A DNA stretch of 64,000 nt from the human T2T-CHM13v2.0 reference genome, Homo sapiens, in the NCBI RefSeq assembly GCF_009914755.1, contig NC_060925.1. One strand, given 5' to 3'. This document shows, piece after piece, positions 60,160 through 64,000 of the stretch. The first letter of the stretch is position 1; each line of letters starts with the position of its first letter. The notes under the pieces were generated by a model. It made no database searches and was not told the DNA's origin. It saw only the letters and a list, made by a program, of their open reading frames with translations. The position numbers and the translations under genes were made by a program.

Positions 60160-63100
60160 CATTATGACCTTCAAAAACAAAGGTGAAATTAAAACTTTTT
60201 CAGGCCAACAATAGCTGAAAGAATTCATGGCCAGTAGACCAGCATAAGAACTGTTAAAGGAAGTTTTTCAGGCTGAGAGAAAATAACAGAAACTCATGTC
60301 TGTACAAAGGAACACTGGAAATCATAAATATGTGGACAAATATAAAAAATACTATTCTTATTTTGCAATAATTTAAAATATTAGTGATCATATAAAGCAA
60401 AAATTATAACAATGTAAGATTTATAATTATACAAGTAAAATGTAAGACAAGAATAGCACAAATGATCAAGTGTAAGATTCTTACATAATATGTAAAGTAA
60501 AATATTAGGAATTATAAGAAAACAACTAAAATTAAAACAGATATAGCTTAAAAGCAAATATGAAGACAAAATGGAATATTCAAATATACTTAATTACTCC
60601 GAAAGAAGGCAGGAAAAGCAGGAATCAAAGGAGAAAAAATAGGAGCACAAGAAAACATATTATAGAATAATTTATTTAAACTTAAATTATATCAATAATT
60701 AACATTAAATATAAATGAGCCAATTGCTCGAATTGAAAGGATATTATGAGACTACATGAAAAGTGAGACCTCATGAAGTACTATTTTCAAGATATACACT
60801 CCAAATATAAAATCACAGAAAAGTTAAAGGATAGAAAAAACGTACAAATGCTAATTTTTAAAAGCCAAGTTAGCTATATTAATAACACAGACAAAGAAGC
60901 CTTCAGGACACGGAGTATTACCATGGACAAAAAGAGACATTTTATTATGATAAAAATATCAATTCATCAAAAAGACATAACAACCTTAATTGTGGATGTA
61001 CCTAGTAATAGAGATTCAAAACACATGAAACAAAACTTAAGAGAACAAAAATAAGAAATAATAAGTTAACTCACAATTATAGTTAGAGATTTAAAAACTC
61101 ATTTCTCAGTACTAGATAAGGGAAGTAGACCAAAAAAGAAACAAAAACCCAGTCCTCTTCTTTACTTGATAGTCACCAAAGATCATTCTCCATATTATTT
61201 AAATATTTTAAAATTAAAATTAAAATATTGAATTTTATTCAACAAAAATTAAAATATTGAAATATTGAAATATTTGCATTAGGGCCAGTCTGCAAATTTC
61301 TGAATTAGTTTGGAATTAAACAACATACTCTTAAGTTATCCGTAAGTCAAATAAGAAATCCTGAGGAAATCCCCAAAATTTTGGCAAATATTTTTAACTC
61401 AATGATAATGAAGTCACAAATTTGTAAATGCAGATAAAGCATGAGGGAAACTTACACCTTTTAAACTTATATTAGAAAAGAAAAAAATATCAAAAATCAA
61501 TTATCAAAAGACCTACTTAAAGAAGCCTGCATTTTAAAAAAAAGTAAATCCAGTGAGTAGTAAGGTGGAAATAACAAGGATGTGAGCAAAATTTGATGAT
61601 ATTAAAAAAAAAGACAATAGAATAAAGCAGCAAAAGCAAATGTTAGTGTTTTAAAAATATAAATTTATCTGATTCTAACTAGAATTATTAAATTCAAGAG
61701 GGAGGATAAGAGAGAAATAACACAAATTATCAATATCATGAATGAAAGAAAGACTATTTCTCCATTACTCTAGTCCTTACAGACAGAAAAAAAGGTAATA
61801 TGGAAGTATTATAAACAATTTTTCCCTAATAAATTTGAAAACTTGGAAATCCTGTACAAATCCCTGGAAAGAAACAAATTACCAAAACCTATACAAGAAG
61901 ACATTGAAAATAAAAATATTATATTAGCAAAACTGAATTCATTAACAAAAATTATTTCATTATGAAAATGCTGTTGCAATCTATCAAACATTTTAGGAAG
62001 AAATAATACCAACATTTTTATTAAAATATAAAAGAAGATAATCTTTTTCATTAAAGAGAAAAGAAAATATGGGACACTTTCTAATTTATTTTATCTGACT
62101 ATCATAGATGTAATATTAAAGCTAGACACATACATTCAAGGAAAAAAAAATCACAGACCAATATTCCCCATTAATAAAGGCACAGAATTCAACAACAAAG
62201 TATTAGTAAACTTAATCTAGCAAAATAGAAAAATTGTAATACATCTTAGCAAAGAAGAAGTGTTCATCCCAGAATGCAAGGTTAGTTCAATGTTTAAGAA
62301 ACAATCATTTTAAGTCTGAAAATAGAGTGAAGGAGAAAATTTTTATGATTATCTCAATAGGCACAGATTAAATTTAGCCAAATTTAATTTTAATTCATAA
62401 TAAAAACTCTTAACAAACTAAGAATGGATAGAAATTTCCTAAACTTGATAAAATTCACCTATAGAAAAGGCACAGCTACCTTCACACTTAATGGAGGAAG
62501 ACTGAATCATTTTTCCTGAGACTGGCAACAAGACAAGAGTGTTATTCTAATAATTCCTAGTGAGTACTTTACTGGGGATTCCTAACCAATGCAGTAAGAC
62601 AAGAAAAAGAAGTAAAAGGCATACACAATGGAATGAAAAAAGCAAAACTGTCTTCATTCACAGACAGCACAATTGTTTACATGGAAAATTGTTAGGAATC
62701 TACAAAGTAACTAAAATAATTATTAAGTAAATACAGCAAATCTCAGGATGCAAAAAAAGAATCCATTTTCTTCATATATTCTACCAACAAGTATTTTTAA
62801 AGCAAAATTATTAATAATGCAATGTATGACTGCATCAGTAAACAAATCTAGGAAATGTTTGTAGCAACTTTATACATATCACAAAACTGCAAACTACCCA
62901 AATATTCTCAACAGGCAAAAAGATAAAGATGTTGTATTACAGCTATACAATATAAAACTACTCAGCAATAAAACAGAATAAATTACTAATATTATATGCA
63001 ACAACATGGAGGAATTTGAAAGCTAATATAAGCCAGATACAAAATATATATGCTATATTATTTGATTCATCTATATTCCTAGTACCAGCAAAGCTAACAT

Positions 63101-63320
63101 GATGAAAAAAAACCCAGAACATTGGTTGTCACTGGTTGTTTGGTGGTAACTGGGATAGATTTGAAATGGACACATGAGTGCTACCTAGGATGATGGGAGG
63201 GTTCTATGTTTTGACAGGGATGTGGGTTACACAGATACTTGTATTTATCAAAGTTGACTAAATTGTACATCTGGTATCTATGTATTTTATTGTATGAAAA
63301 CTGTATTACAATGAAAAGAA
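60160..63320 (+). mobile_element. Old, heavily decayed L1M (L1ME-like): ORF1 end, ORF2 fragments and 3' end
   Basis: Residual ORF2-like peptide (HFIMIKISIHQKDITTL..HMKQNL), A-rich sense strand, 3' motif tattttattgtatgaaaactgta. Confidence 0.8.
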
Positions 63321-64000
63321 AAGAAAAATGGAGGAAAAAACGAGGCAGGGAGAAAAGGAGAGAGATGAAGAAGAGGTAGAAGGAACAGAGGGAGAGAGAA
63401 AAAATAATGGTCCTAGGAACTGGGGAGGATGTGAGCCAGGAGCTTGGGGTTACTGTTGCCAACAGCTGAGAAAATAGGCGAGCAGAGCTCTGAAGGGTCA
63501 GTGTCTCAGTTAGAATTTTGTAATTCTTTAAATGGTTAAACTAAATCTTGATACAAAAGGAAAGCATATTTTGGGGATGCAAGATGGAAAAGATAAGCTC
63601 TGACCCCTGACTTCTGCTCTATTGGCTTTAAATAGCAGTTGGATTTATAAAAGCCTATTCTCAGAGATTCGTTTGTATAGTTTTCTTGTTCAGTTTCTTT
63701 AACTTGGAATATAAAAGTTGTTCCAAATTGCCCACTGTATATCTGCCAAACTTTTATGTGAAGAATTGGGTGGCAGGTGTTTCATTCTGTAGTCATTCTT
63801 AGAAGGGTTTGTTCCCATGTTTGAATGGAGTCAGTTGTGCACTTACCCCTTCCCCCAAGCTCTCATTGCAGCCTTGCCTGAAATCTATTCTTCTGAAGTA
63901 CAGTGGAATGTTAACCCATTTATAATTGCAATGATCATTCATTTCTCTTTCTATTGCTTTGCTGTGCCAAGCACATGGGAGCTAAATTCTTGGCAAAAGT

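Overview
AT-rich, CpG-poor primate genomic DNA, most likely human given a very young AluYa-lineage element. It looks intergenic or deep-intronic. I find no supportable host protein-coding exon, RNA gene, CpG island or CRISPR-like array, and the long ORFs all derive from retroelements (L1 ORF2, THE1 internal). The window is a dense transposon mosaic of MIR, L2, MaLR LTRs, a full-length THE1A, ERV1 solo LTRs (MER4D, LTR8), DNA transposon relics (MER20, MER45A, MER119-like, Tigger3b), Alus and L1s. I did not find a new multi-gene biological system. The most notable structures are: (i) an LTR8 split by a twin-primed L1PA with a duplicated inversion point and by an AluS, followed immediately by a perfect splice donor; (ii) a near-pristine AluYa4-type insertion that may be polymorphic; (iii) an L1MA with its 5' end fused to its 3' end; (iv) a 35-bp-arm AT-rich palindrome; and (v) several motif-dense unique stretches that may be enhancers. 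Repeat family names come from recalled consensus sequences, not a database search. Boundaries of old repeats are approximate, and many small MIR/L2 fragments are not listed.
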